A stretch of 24,675 bases of DNA from Nitrosomonas europaea (GCF_900167395.1 NZ_FUWK01000040.1:1-24675), one strand, 5' to 3'. Counted from the first letter of the stretch, positions 7,459 through 16,787 are shown. Numbers and translations are program-made. The notes: generated by a model not told the origin, from the letters alone.

Positions 7459-8631
7459 ATGGCCTCCGACAAAGCAAATGCCTGTCTGATTTGCACCGGC
7501 CGGCAACCGATCCACCCCATTACGCGCTTGTACCGTTATGCAGGTTTCATTGAATGGGATACCGGTTTTTCACAAATGAGGAAGACTCCACCTCCGGAAG
7601 TTCATTTTGGCAGCCCCGGTCAGACACCCGGTCACCTGCGCAATACCTTGGCAGAACGGATCGCAGCCGTACCTGCTGGAGGCACTATCGACTGGGTAAC
7701 CTATTATTTCCGCGACCTCTGTCTTGCCAAAGCACTCGTCCAGGCGCACAAACGAGGTGTGCGCATTACGCTGACCCTCGAAGGCAGACCGCGTATTCCA
7801 TACGCCAATGATGCGGTGATCGCTTTGCTCTCAGGGCCTGACGGGCTGGGTGATGCATTGCGCATCGTTACCCTCCCCGGTGTACCGTCACCCGCAACAA
7901 AATCATGGAAACCCCAGCTACACGAAAAACTCTACTGTTTCTCGCACCCCGAACCTGTTGCCTTCATCGGCTCCTTCAATCCATCAGGCAACGGCCCGGA
8001 AGATGATCCCGAGATCATCCGGGAGATTGGTGACCAGGATCGCGGCTACAACGCCCTGATCGGTCTCAAGGATCCGGTACTGGTCGAGAAACTGGCAGAA
8101 CATGCAAGACAGCTGCACCAGTCACCCCCCGGGCTTTTCTACCGGTTCACCACCGATACGAACAATGCTATCCATGGTACAGATACCGATATCTATTTCT
8201 GGCCACGGACAGATACACATCCTATCGTACAATTTTTGCGCAAAACCGGCAGCAGCGCACGTGTCCGCATCGCGGCCTCGCACATCCGGATGGAAAGTGC
8301 AGTCGACATCATGATCAGTCTTGCAAGACGCGGGGTCGATCTGGAAATACTGGCCGAATCCACCCTCAGGCGTGTCACACCCAGGGTGGAACAGCGTCTG
8401 GCCAACGCCGGAATCCGGTTCAGGCGCATCCGGCCTTCCGGCTCTCTACCCATGCATCTCAAATTTGTACTGATCGAAGAGGACAATCGTGCCTGGTCGA
8501 TCTTCGGAAGCTTCAACTGGACCAAACCCTCATTCTGGCTGAATCATGAAATCGCGGCAATTTCCAGTAACCCTGTCATTTTCGAGTCCCTTGCACGCTG
8601 TTGGGATATGCTGAAGAACGAAAGCAACTGA
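7459..8631 (+). CDS. phospholipase D (HKD) superfamily protein with two HxK...GSxN motifs
   Basis: ATG 7459 (MASDKANACLICTG...). Motif 1 is LHEKLYCFSHPEPVAFIGSFNPSG and motif 2 is MHLKFVLIEEDNRAWSIFGSFNW. The canonical Asp is replaced by Ser in motif 1 and Glu in motif 2. Confidence 0.75.
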   Translation: MASDKANACLICTGRQPIHPITRLYRYAGFIEWDTGFSQMRKTPPPEVHFGSPGQTPGHLRNTLAERIAAVPAGGTIDWVTYYFRDLCLAKALVQAHKRGVRITLTLEGRPRIPYANDAVIALLSGPDGLGDALRIVTLPGVPSPATKSWKPQLHEKLYCFSHPEPVAFIGSFNPSGNGPEDDPEIIREIGDQDRGYNALIGLKDPVLVEKLAEHARQLHQSPPGLFYRFTTDTNNAIHGTDTDIYFWPRTDTHPIVQFLRKTGSSARVRIAASHIRMESAVDIMISLARRGVDLEILAESTLRRVTPRVEQRLANAGIRFRRIRPSGSLPMHLKFVLIEEDNRAWSIFGSFNWTKPSFWLNHEIAAISSNPVIFESLARCWDMLKNESN

Positions 8632-8723
8632 TCAGGGAAATCTTTACCGGCTCTGGTACCAGAATTCCTGCAGATAATAAAATAAAATCTTCTTTTGACT
8701 GAAATGGACACGCAGAAGAACAC

Positions 8724-9560
8724 CTACAACGCTGTCCATCCCCCATCGATGACCAGATTTGCACCTGTCATATAACTGGATGCATCCGAAAGCAGAAAGA
8801 GGATGGCTCCCCGGTACTCCTCTTTTTCTGACATACGCCCCAGAATAGTTCGTGACGAATAGTGACCGGTAAACTCGGAATCGTGTTTATTCCAGACACC
8901 GCTGGGCGTGAGCAGATTGGTACGAATGGATGTATTCATGTAATAGGCGGCCAGAAATTTGGTGAGTCCCAGCAACCCTGCCTTACACACCGAATACACC
9001 GCTGGTTTATAGGTCTGCGCTTCCTGCCCGGCTTTTTTGTAGATACGTTGATCCGGCCCCACGAGGCCGTAATTGGATCCAAGGAAAACGACGGATCCCC
9101 TGCCGGATTTCTCCATTATTCTGCAGGTGGCCTGTGCGAGCTGGAATGCACCCGTCAGATTGACATCCAGAGAAGTCTGCCAAAGCGCCAGGGGAAATTC
9201 AGTAAATTTTGAAAAGCGGGAAGTATCAGAGCCTTGCTCAAATTTCGGATCGATCGCGGCACTGTGAACGACCCCATCGATCCGGCCAAACCGATCTTCA
9301 CATAATTGTGCGATGGATTGGCATGAATCCGCACGAGTCACATCCAGCACCTGAATCAGGACGTGTACATCCGGATGGGAAGCAATTATTTCATTTTTCA
9401 ATAGCTCCAGCCGGTTACCATCCAGATCACCCAGTATCAGGTCCGCACCGGCTGAAGCAGCTGCAAGAGCGAATTCCGTACCGAGAAGGCCCGTTGCACC
9501 GCTGATGAGAACGGCCCGCCCGCTGAGATCAAAGGGCGTTCCTTTATAGGGTTGGTTCAT
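8724..9560 (-). CDS. short-chain dehydrogenase/reductase (SDR), PtmA-like
   Basis: ISGATGLLGTEFA (TGxxxGxG) and YSVCKAG (YxxxK). Overlaps the upstream gene by 4 nt. Confidence 0.85.
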   Translation of the reverse strand: MNQPYKGTPFDLSGRAVLISGATGLLGTEFALAAASAGADLILGDLDGNRLELLKNEIIASHPDVHVLIQVLDVTRADSCQSIAQLCEDRFGRIDGVVHSAAIDPKFEQGSDTSRFSKFTEFPLALWQTSLDVNLTGAFQLAQATCRIMEKSGRGSVVFLGSNYGLVGPDQRIYKKAGQEAQTYKPAVYSVCKAGLLGLTKFLAAYYMNTSIRTNLLTPSGVWNKHDSEFTGHYSSRTILGRMSEKEEYRGAILFLLSDASSYMTGANLVIDGGWTAL

Positions 9561-10558
9561 AATCTGACCTGCCGTCCGGTTTGAAGAGATTGTTTGGCTG
9601 CAAGCGCCGTATTCAGCACATCGATACCCTCCTGCAAAGTGACTCGCGGAATCGATCCGCCGGGAATACCTTCGATGAACTCCTTCATCATGGACAGAAA
9701 AAGTTCATTCCGATCCCAGGAAGGTGCCAGGATGACTTCCTCCAGGAGATGCCCATTCTGCTGCAGTGTAGTGAGGCGCGCAGGATAATCCCAATCGACG
9801 ATAGCCTTTTCAGCAACGATATTCATATGCCGAACCGGTGGTTTGCGCCAGTAATCCATACGGAGCTGAACACAGATCCCCTGCTCCGTTTCGAATGAAA
9901 TGAGCGCTGTATCTTCTGCCGTGACTTCCAATGAGGTTCGATGCCCCCCGATGGCAAAGACACTCCTGGGTTTGCCGAAAAGCCAGTGCAGATAATCCAG
10001 TTCATGGATCAGTGTGAGTATGACACCGCCTCCCTGATCAGCCCGTGCCGCATAACTCTGCCGATAATCCTCCCACGGATGCCAGTCAGGCAGATACTCG
10101 CCCAGATCGACCTGTACGGAATAGATTTTTCCCAGTCTGCCCTGCTGTATCCATTCTTCTATTTTCCGTAATCCCGGATGCATTCTGAGCTGACAACCAA
10201 CCAGCACGCGAGGCCCGTGCGGATCCACACAGCGCATCAACTCGGACAAATGCCGTTTTTCATGTGCGACAGGTTTTTCCACATAGACATGACACCCTGC
10301 CTTGAGCGCTTCGATAAGCGTTTTCAGGTGTAATGAAGTCGGATTGGCCACCACCACCAGATCAAAGTTTTGTTTGAGTGCCTGATCGAGGCTCTGAAAC
10401 AGCTGTACATCTTTCGGGATGATCTGTGCGGGAGGCGGCAGATTGCGGGTACGCACTGCGCCCAATTCCCGAATCCCGAGTGCATGCAAATTATTGAGAT
10501 GCCTGACTCCGATGGAGCCCAGTCCAACTACCACAGCCTTCAAAGCTGAAATCTTCAA
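9557..10558 (-). CDS. Gfo/Idh/MocA-family NAD(P)-dependent oxidoreductase
   Basis: N-terminal VVVGLGSIGVRHL Rossmann motif and HVYVEKPVAH (EKP motif). Overlaps both neighbours by 4 nt. Confidence 0.85.
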   Translation of the reverse strand: MKISALKAVVVGLGSIGVRHLNNLHALGIRELGAVRTRNLPPPAQIIPKDVQLFQSLDQALKQNFDLVVVANPTSLHLKTLIEALKAGCHVYVEKPVAHEKRHLSELMRCVDPHGPRVLVGCQLRMHPGLRKIEEWIQQGRLGKIYSVQVDLGEYLPDWHPWEDYRQSYAARADQGGGVILTLIHELDYLHWLFGKPRSVFAIGGHRTSLEVTAEDTALISFETEQGICVQLRMDYWRKPPVRHMNIVAEKAIVDWDYPARLTTLQQNGHLLEEVILAPSWDRNELFLSMMKEFIEGIPGGSIPRVTLQEGIDVLNTALAAKQSLQTGRQVRL

Positions 10559-11271
10559 AGGGTGACTCCCCGTTTTTCCATCAGAAACTCAGCCAGTTGA
10601 AACGAAAATTCATCATCGATATCGATCGAATCTCTACCCTCGATCTTCAGGGGCAGTATGCGAATACCCGTGAGGGATTTTTTTTCCAGAATCGTCCGGG
10701 TACGTATCAGATCCAGATAACCGACCTGCCAGTAGACCGCAGGCAAACTTTGTCTGGGCTCATTAAAAGGTTCCGGAACACCGGGAATATTCAGCAGAGC
10801 CCGCAGGAAACCATTGTCATCGATGGTCCACATCTTGTAAGGGTTCTGCGCCGGCTCGGTCACTCCACGCACGGAATCGGCATCCGGATGCTTTTTCAGA
10901 AGTTCGACCGCTTCCTCTATTTTTTCAACCCTGCGCGCAGGAGAGGTAGGACGGAACTGAAAAATGGCATCAGGAAGAGGCACATGGTTTTGTTCCAGCC
11001 AGCCCAGAAAATGCAGGAACACCGGCAGATCGCGCGTATCGTCCTGTGCCAGATCAGCCGGCCTCAGAAAAGGCACTTCTGCACCGGCATTTCTCGCTAC
11101 CTCTGCAATTTTCTCCGAATCGGTGCTGACAAACGTTTTCTGAATGGAAGGCGATTTGAGCGAAATTTCAATTGAATGGGTAATCAGCGGCTTGCCACAT
11201 AACAACCGGATATTTTTATGCGGCACGCCTTTTGACCCTCCCCGCGCGGGGATGAGAGAATAAATCAACAT
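10555..11271 (-). CDS. acylneuraminate (nonulosonate) cytidylyltransferase, CMP-NeuAc-synthetase family
   Basis: LIPARGGSKGVPHKNIRLLCGKPLI is the family signature. 238 aa, first gene of a three-gene minus-strand operon. Confidence 0.85.
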   Translation of the reverse strand: MLIYSLIPARGGSKGVPHKNIRLLCGKPLITHSIEISLKSPSIQKTFVSTDSEKIAEVARNAGAEVPFLRPADLAQDDTRDLPVFLHFLGWLEQNHVPLPDAIFQFRPTSPARRVEKIEEAVELLKKHPDADSVRGVTEPAQNPYKMWTIDDNGFLRALLNIPGVPEPFNEPRQSLPAVYWQVGYLDLIRTRTILEKKSLTGIRILPLKIEGRDSIDIDDEFSFQLAEFLMEKRGVTL

Positions 11272-11592
11272 TGGCCGGGGTTTATCTAATCAGATTCCAA
11301 ACAAACAATATGCGAGTAAAGTCAAATTCTGGCGATTCTGCAAATCAGCATTTTGCAAACCGGTCACCAGCTCTTCCGGCCGGCACATGGTAAAAATGAC
11401 AGACAATTCTACTGTTTAAGCACGCCGGATGCACATAAACCCTGCAAACTGTTTACAGTTCAGCACGCTTATTCAAACCAGGATTACCGCAATCAGGACA
11501 TGAGCAAAACATCCGCCGAGGCAACGAAACAATGGTATAAGGCATGGGCACATTCATAAGCGATAAGCGCGCCACACCGACCCTAGACAACA

Positions 11593-11621
11593 TTGACACA
11601 TTCCAGGGTATGAATTTTTAT
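11593..11621 (+). promoter_or_regulatory. candidate sigma-70 promoter for the NeuB-fusion operon
   Basis: TTGACA (11593-11598), 17 nt, TTTTAT (11616-11621), about 55 nt upstream of ATG 11675. The -10 is weak. Confidence 0.3.
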
Positions 11622-11674
11622 ATTCCTGTCATACACACCCGGCAATAATTACCTCCATCAAACAGGATTGCAGC

Positions 11675-13924
11675 ATGCGCATTGAAAAAAAGATCAAGGA
11701 TCATCTGGTTTTTTCCGGAGACAGTATCCTCGATGCTCTGAAACGCATCAATGACAACCAGTCCCGCATCGTTTTCGTCGTACAGGATAACGGGGTATTG
11801 ATCGGAGCGGTCAGTGATGGCGATGTACGGCGCTGGATGACTCAGGCAACCGAATTCAATCTGAATCTGCCGGTCGATCACGTGATGAACCGTAATTTCA
11901 TTGCGCGGCCGGTTACCGAATCTCAACATCAGATTGCCGATTATTTTGATCACAAACGCGACATCATTCCACTGATCGACGAACAGGGACGTTTTGTCGC
12001 CCTGGCGCGAAAATCAGCCACAGGACTTCAGATCGGAGATTTCCTGATTGCCGACCAGAATCCCGCATTCATCATCGCCGAGGTCGGTAACAACCACAAC
12101 GGCGATATCGGCCTTGCGAAAGAACTGGTGAATCTGGCAGTGGAAGCTGGAGCGGATTGTGTCAAATTCCAGATGCGGGATCTCTCCTCCCTGTATTCAA
12201 ATCAAGGCAGGAATGCGGAAGCGGGTTATGACCTCGGATCACAATACACGCTGGATCTGCTCAATAAATTCCAGCTGAACCATGACGAACTTTGTCAGGT
12301 ATTCGATTACTGCAGGCAGCAGGATATTTTGCCCCTATGCACGCCTTGGGATCTGGTAAGTGCCCATGTACTGGATGAATACGGACTGGAAGCCTTTAAA
12401 GTGGCTTCGGCTGATTTCACCAACTACGAAATGCTGGAGACTCTGGCGAAAACGGGCAAACCATTGCTCTGCTCCACCGGAATGAGTTCAGAAGCAGAAA
12501 TCAAAGGTTCAGTAGATTTATTGCGCCGGCTGGGCGCTCCTTTTGCCTTGCTGCACTGTAACTCGACCTACCCTGCTCCCTTCAAGGATGTAAACCTCAA
12601 TTACCTGCCGCACTTGAAACAACTGGGAGGTACCGTAGTAGGATATTCCGGTCACGAACGTGGATTCTCAGTACCTTTGGCTGCCGTTGCCCTTGGAGCC
12701 CGCATCGTGGAAAAACATTTCACTGTCGATCGCAGTATGGAAGGCAACGACCACAAAGTCAGCCTGCTGCCGGAAGAATTTGCAGAAATGGTGCGGCAGA
12801 TTCGTAACATCGAGGAAGCCCTGGGACAAGGCGGTGAGCGCTCACTCACACAAGGGGAAATGATCAATCGTGAAAATCTGGCCAAAAGCCTGGTAATCAA
12901 TTGCGATCTTTCGCAAGGGCAGCTTATCAGGCGCAGTATGATCACAGTGAAAAGCCCCGGGCAGGGTCTGCAACCCAATCGTATCGATGAGCTGGCAGGT
13001 AAGGTAGCACAGCGCGATTTCAAGGCCGGAGATTTCTTCTTTGAAACGGATATCACCCCGAAATCAGTCAAAAAACAGCACTATGTCTTTTCACGCCCTT
13101 ACGGGATCCCGGCACGCTATCACGATTATCGCGCGCTGATCGAGGGAATGAAAATCGACTTTGTCGAGTTTCATCTGAGCTACCACGATCTGGACGTAAA
13201 GCTGTCTGACTATTTCTCTGATCCGCTGTCGATCGGTTATGCCGTGCACAGCCCGGAGCTGTTCGCTGGTGACCATATTCTCGATCTGGCAAGCCATGAT
13301 GCGGATTATCAGGCGCATTCCATTGCCGAATTGAAACGCACGGTGGCTGTAGCCGCCGAGTTGCGCCAGTATTTCCCGGCGACACCGAAACCGGTACTGG
13401 TACTCAATGCCGGAGGCTGGACGCCACAGAATTTCCTGCCGGTTGAAGCACGTACGAAACTTTATGACAAAGTAGCCAAAGCACTGGATGAAATCGACTT
13501 GAGTACTGTTCAACTGGCTATTCAGACCATGCCCCCTTTTCCCTGGCACTTTGGGGGGCAGAGCCACCATAACCTGTTTGTCGACCCGGATGAAATCGCG
13601 GCATTCTGCGATAAAACCGGCCATCGTATCTGCCTTGATATTTCACATTCCATGATGGCCTGCAACTATTACCAGTGGGATTTCAATACATTTCTCCAAA
13701 AGGTGCTGCCTTATACCATCCATCTGCATATAGTCGATGCCAAGGGAGTAGATGGTGAAGGAGTTCAGATCGGCCATGGTGACGTGGATTTCACCTTGCT
13801 GCGTGATCAGTTGAACCAATTTGCTCGCGGAGTACAGTTCATACCTGAAATCTGGCAGGGTCACAAAAACAAGGGAGAAGGATTCTGGTCGGCATTGGCA
13901 TTTCTGGAGAAAACGAGCCTCTAG
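11675..13924 (+). CDS. three-part fusion: CBS pair + NeuB-type nonulosonate synthase with SAF domain + xylose-isomerase-like TIM-barrel domain
   Basis: aa 1-115 is CBS-like (VFVVQDNGVLIGAVSDGDVRRW; IIPLIDEQGRFVAL). aa ~125-400 is NeuB-like (FIIAEVGNNHNGD..., CVKFQ, FKVASADFTN, LHCNSTYP, GYSGHE, EKHFT). aa ~405-460 is SAF-like (ITVKSPGQGL). aa ~470-749 is TIM-barrel-like (FVEFHLSYHD, YAVHSPE, LNAGGW, LDISHS, HLHIVDA). Confidence 0.85.
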   Translation: MRIEKKIKDHLVFSGDSILDALKRINDNQSRIVFVVQDNGVLIGAVSDGDVRRWMTQATEFNLNLPVDHVMNRNFIARPVTESQHQIADYFDHKRDIIPLIDEQGRFVALARKSATGLQIGDFLIADQNPAFIIAEVGNNHNGDIGLAKELVNLAVEAGADCVKFQMRDLSSLYSNQGRNAEAGYDLGSQYTLDLLNKFQLNHDELCQVFDYCRQQDILPLCTPWDLVSAHVLDEYGLEAFKVASADFTNYEMLETLAKTGKPLLCSTGMSSEAEIKGSVDLLRRLGAPFALLHCNSTYPAPFKDVNLNYLPHLKQLGGTVVGYSGHERGFSVPLAAVALGARIVEKHFTVDRSMEGNDHKVSLLPEEFAEMVRQIRNIEEALGQGGERSLTQGEMINRENLAKSLVINCDLSQGQLIRRSMITVKSPGQGLQPNRIDELAGKVAQRDFKAGDFFFETDITPKSVKKQHYVFSRPYGIPARYHDYRALIEGMKIDFVEFHLSYHDLDVKLSDYFSDPLSIGYAVHSPELFAGDHILDLASHDADYQAHSIAELKRTVAVAAELRQYFPATPKPVLVLNAGGWTPQNFLPVEARTKLYDKVAKALDEIDLSTVQLAIQTMPPFPWHFGGQSHHNLFVDPDEIAAFCDKTGHRICLDISHSMMACNYYQWDFNTFLQKVLPYTIHLHIVDAKGVDGEGVQIGHGDVDFTLLRDQLNQFARGVQFIPEIWQGHKNKGEGFWSALAFLEKTSL

Positions 13925-14097
13925 GAAACCTCTGAAAAACGTCGACGAGGCAGCCAGTTCAATTCAACGCGGGTTCAGGACTGGCAATAATTGTTCCCTT
14001 TGACTCTCGAATATTTAATAATGACGCAATTCCCCGAGTAAATCGCCTGCTGGTTTCCCGCGCTTCTTACTGCCAACCTATTCCGATCTGACCGAAC

Positions 14098-15513
14098 ATG
14101 GCTGCTACTGCTACTTCTGCTTCAACCCTGATCATTCCTGTCGAGAACCAGGTACGTGAGCTGGATGCAAAGCTCCTGCTGGCTTGCGTAGCGGCTGAGC
14201 GCGGGTTTCCGGTGATCATCGGCTCACGTGCCTTCGTTCATTTTGAAATCGCATCACTACCACGCGGCATCTATCTGGCAAAAAGCATGCGCAGCCTGAG
14301 TAATTCCATGTTCAGGATCATTCGGATGCTCGGGCACGAAATCGTTGCCTGGGAAGAGGAAGCGCTGGTTCACCCGCCGGCTGATACCTATTACACATTG
14401 CGACTCTCTCCCACTACGATCAGGAATGTTTCCCATATTTTTGCCTGGGGTCAGGAAAACGTCGATCTGCTTCAGCACTATCCGCAGTTTCCGGAGAATT
14501 TACCTGTTCACCTGACCGGAAATCCACGTGGAGATATCCTGCGACCGGAAATGCGCGCCTATTTTGCAGCAGAAGTAGAACGTCTACGCAATCTTTACGG
14601 TGATTTCATTCTGATCAATACCAATTTCACCGACGTCAATCCTTTCATCCCCAATATCGGCCTGTTCATTCCGGCAAAGGATGGAGATAAAAAATCCCGG
14701 CGCGGACAGGCCGGGATCGGTATGAGCGAAGAATTTGCCGAAGGCCTGTGGCACCACAAGAAAGCCATACTGGAAGATTTCAGGCAGCTCATCCCGGCGC
14801 TGGAGCAGGTATTCCCGGATGTCACGATCGTGGTACGGCCTCATCCAAGTGAAAATTTTCAGGTTTATCACGATATCGCTGCTCGATGCCAGCGCGTAAA
14901 AGTCACGAATGAAGGCAACGTCATCCCCTGGCTTCTGGCTTCGAAAACCATGGTGCACAACGGCTGCACCACTGGCCTGGAAGCCTATGCCCTGGGAGTT
15001 CCGGCCATTTCCTATCTTGCAACCTTCAATGAATATTACGACTACGATTTCCAAGGCCTGCCTACCCGGCTGAGTTATCAGTCATTCAATTTCAGTGAGC
15101 TCCAGGATACCCTGTCCCGAATTCTGAACGGTGATCTGGGCGCTCCGGGAGGTGAAGAACGCAAGACACTCATCGATTACTATCTGGCGGCACAGAACGA
15201 TCGCCTCGCATGTGAACGTATCGTCGATGTTCTGGAAGAAAGTGGCTACAGCCAGTCCCAACCACCGGCAAGGGCTACCCCGGTGTATCTGGCGGGATGG
15301 GCGCTTGCAAACCTCAAAGCCACGCTGACCCAGCTAAATATGCGCCGCCCCGGACCGAATCGGTTGTCTTACCACGATCACCGTTTTCCTGAAATCCCGG
15401 TTGAACAGATCGAACAGAAAATTGCACGATTTGGCAACCTGCTGAATCGCTTCGATTCCATCAAAGTAAAACAGCATTCACGCCATCTGTTCAGAATAAA
15501 CAGTTCACTCTGA
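14098..15513 (+). CDS. surface-carbohydrate biosynthesis protein, possible GT-B / KpsS-like transferase
   Basis: 471 aa. IPVENQVRELDAKLLLA at the N-terminus, then FPDVTIVVRPHPSEN and NGCTTGLEAYALGVPAI in the C-terminal half. I recall such proteins next to neuB/neuA-type genes, but this is unverified. Confidence 0.55.
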   Translation: MAATATSASTLIIPVENQVRELDAKLLLACVAAERGFPVIIGSRAFVHFEIASLPRGIYLAKSMRSLSNSMFRIIRMLGHEIVAWEEEALVHPPADTYYTLRLSPTTIRNVSHIFAWGQENVDLLQHYPQFPENLPVHLTGNPRGDILRPEMRAYFAAEVERLRNLYGDFILINTNFTDVNPFIPNIGLFIPAKDGDKKSRRGQAGIGMSEEFAEGLWHHKKAILEDFRQLIPALEQVFPDVTIVVRPHPSENFQVYHDIAARCQRVKVTNEGNVIPWLLASKTMVHNGCTTGLEAYALGVPAISYLATFNEYYDYDFQGLPTRLSYQSFNFSELQDTLSRILNGDLGAPGGEERKTLIDYYLAAQNDRLACERIVDVLEESGYSQSQPPARATPVYLAGWALANLKATLTQLNMRRPGPNRLSYHDHRFPEIPVEQIEQKIARFGNLLNRFDSIKVKQHSRHLFRINSSL

Positions 15514-15646
15514 ATAACCCGTGGCAAAGCAGTTGAGTGCAGGGTTTCTGGATCGCCGCGTCACTGCGTGACTCGCGATGATGAAGTGAGCATGGCGCAA
15601 CTGCGCAATAATCGAAACGAAAGCATAGCTCGCACCGGCTTCTGGC

Positions 15647-16393
15647 TCAAAATTTTCTCGATTGCTTCTGTCCGTGCAGCAGAAAGACGGTCGGCTTTTT
15701 TTGCAGATCAGGCCAGTTGCCTGCACGCCACTCGCCAATCGATTTTGTTGATACGTATTCATCTGCCTGGGTCAGGTTGCAGGCTACACATAAATCTGTT
15801 TCCGTATGGCATTGCTGTACCAGCGCTTCCAGCAGTTTCTGGTTGCGGTAGGGGGTTTCGATGAAGATCTGGGTTTCATCTGCTGTGATGGATGTTTGTT
15901 CCAATCGGGCAATCTCTTTATTTCGTATGTCCGATGCAACCGGCAGATAGCCATGGAAATGGAAACGCTGACCATTCAGCCCGGAAGCCATCAATGCCAG
16001 CAAAATCGAAGAAGGGCCGACGAATGGCACCACCCGGATTTTCTTTTGATGTGCCATCCGGACGAGTGCGCCTCCGGGGTCGGCAATTGCCGGACAACCC
16101 GCTTCGGAAAGCAAGCCGACATCCTCTCCGGCGAGCAGTGGCGCCAACAGTGCCTCAACTTCACCTGCAGGGGTATGTTCATCCAGCACTTCCAACTTGA
16201 GAGTTTGTATCGCCCGCAGCGGATTTATCTGCTTGAGGAAATGGCGAGCTGTTTTGGGATGTTCGACGATAAAACGCTCCAGCAGGCTGACTTGCTGCCG
16301 GACTTCAGCCGGCAGTATCCGGGCGAGATCGCCTTCACCCAGGGGAGTCGGGATCAGGTACAGGGTGCCGTGGAGCGTGGCATCTGGAGGCAT
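15647..16393 (-). CDS. RsmI-like SAM-dependent methyltransferase (tetrapyrrole-methylase fold)
   Basis: LYLIPTPLGEGDL..., GLLSEAGCPAIADPG, VVPFVGPSSILLALMASGL, IFIETPYR. Collinear with E. coli RsmI motifs but shorter (248 aa). Confidence 0.8.
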   Translation of the reverse strand: MPPDATLHGTLYLIPTPLGEGDLARILPAEVRQQVSLLERFIVEHPKTARHFLKQINPLRAIQTLKLEVLDEHTPAGEVEALLAPLLAGEDVGLLSEAGCPAIADPGGALVRMAHQKKIRVVPFVGPSSILLALMASGLNGQRFHFHGYLPVASDIRNKEIARLEQTSITADETQIFIETPYRNQKLLEALVQQCHTETDLCVACNLTQADEYVSTKSIGEWRAGNWPDLQKKPTVFLLHGQKQSRKF

Positions 16394-16403
16394 GTTCTGC
16401 AGA

Positions 16404-16787
16404 TCAGTGCAGCACGCGCGGCACGCTCAGGATGAATTCAGGAATTTCCACCGAAAAATGAAAACCGTCTTCAGCCACCATCTGATAGGAGCCCTTCATC
16501 GAACCGGCAATCGATGAAATCGCGGTTCCGCTGGTATATTCAAAGGTTTCACCGGGTTTGAGCAAGGGTTGCTCGCCGACTACGCCCAGCCCGCGCACTT
16601 CACGCGTAACGCCATCCCCGCTGGTGATGATCCAGTGGCGGCTCACCAGTTGTGAAGCCACACTGCCGGTATTGTTGATCGTAATGGTATAAGCAAACAC
16701 GTACCGCTCCGCCTCGGGATCAGACTGATCTGGTAAATAAATTGTGCGTACTTCCACCTTGATGCTATATTTTCGTTCGTTTTCCAT
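16404..16787 (-). CDS. apaG: ApaG (DUF525) protein
   Basis: 127 aa, YVFAYTITINNTG...RHWIIT...VRGLGVVGEQPLLKPGETFEYTSG. Lies 10 nt upstream of the rsmI-like gene. Confidence 0.9.
   Translation of the reverse strand: MENERKYSIKVEVRTIYLPDQSDPEAERYVFAYTITINNTGSVASQLVSRHWIITSGDGVTREVRGLGVVGEQPLLKPGETFEYTSGTAISSIAGSMKGSYQMVAEDGFHFSVEIPEFILSVPRVLH

Noticed and set aside
10597-11175. Long antisense ORFs overlapping well-supported genes, for example 10597-11175, 12652-13071, 13091-13624, 14584-15054, 15806-16435, 17325-17768 and 18090-18566
   Set aside because: Each lies opposite a CDS with clear family motifs, has no recognisable motif and a low-complexity or Arg/Ser-rich composition. They are treated as shadow ORFs.
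11353-11559. 68-aa ORF in the divergent intergenic region of the glycan locus
   Set aside because: It has no RBS and an implausible composition. It sits in a 400-bp region that more likely holds divergent promoters.
15773-15784. A 12-nt exact match (GGGTCAGGTTGC) to the reverse complement of repeat B1, inside the rsmI-like gene
   Set aside because: It lies within conserved coding sequence (…CNLTQA…), and the similarity stops after 12 nt. It is probably chance.
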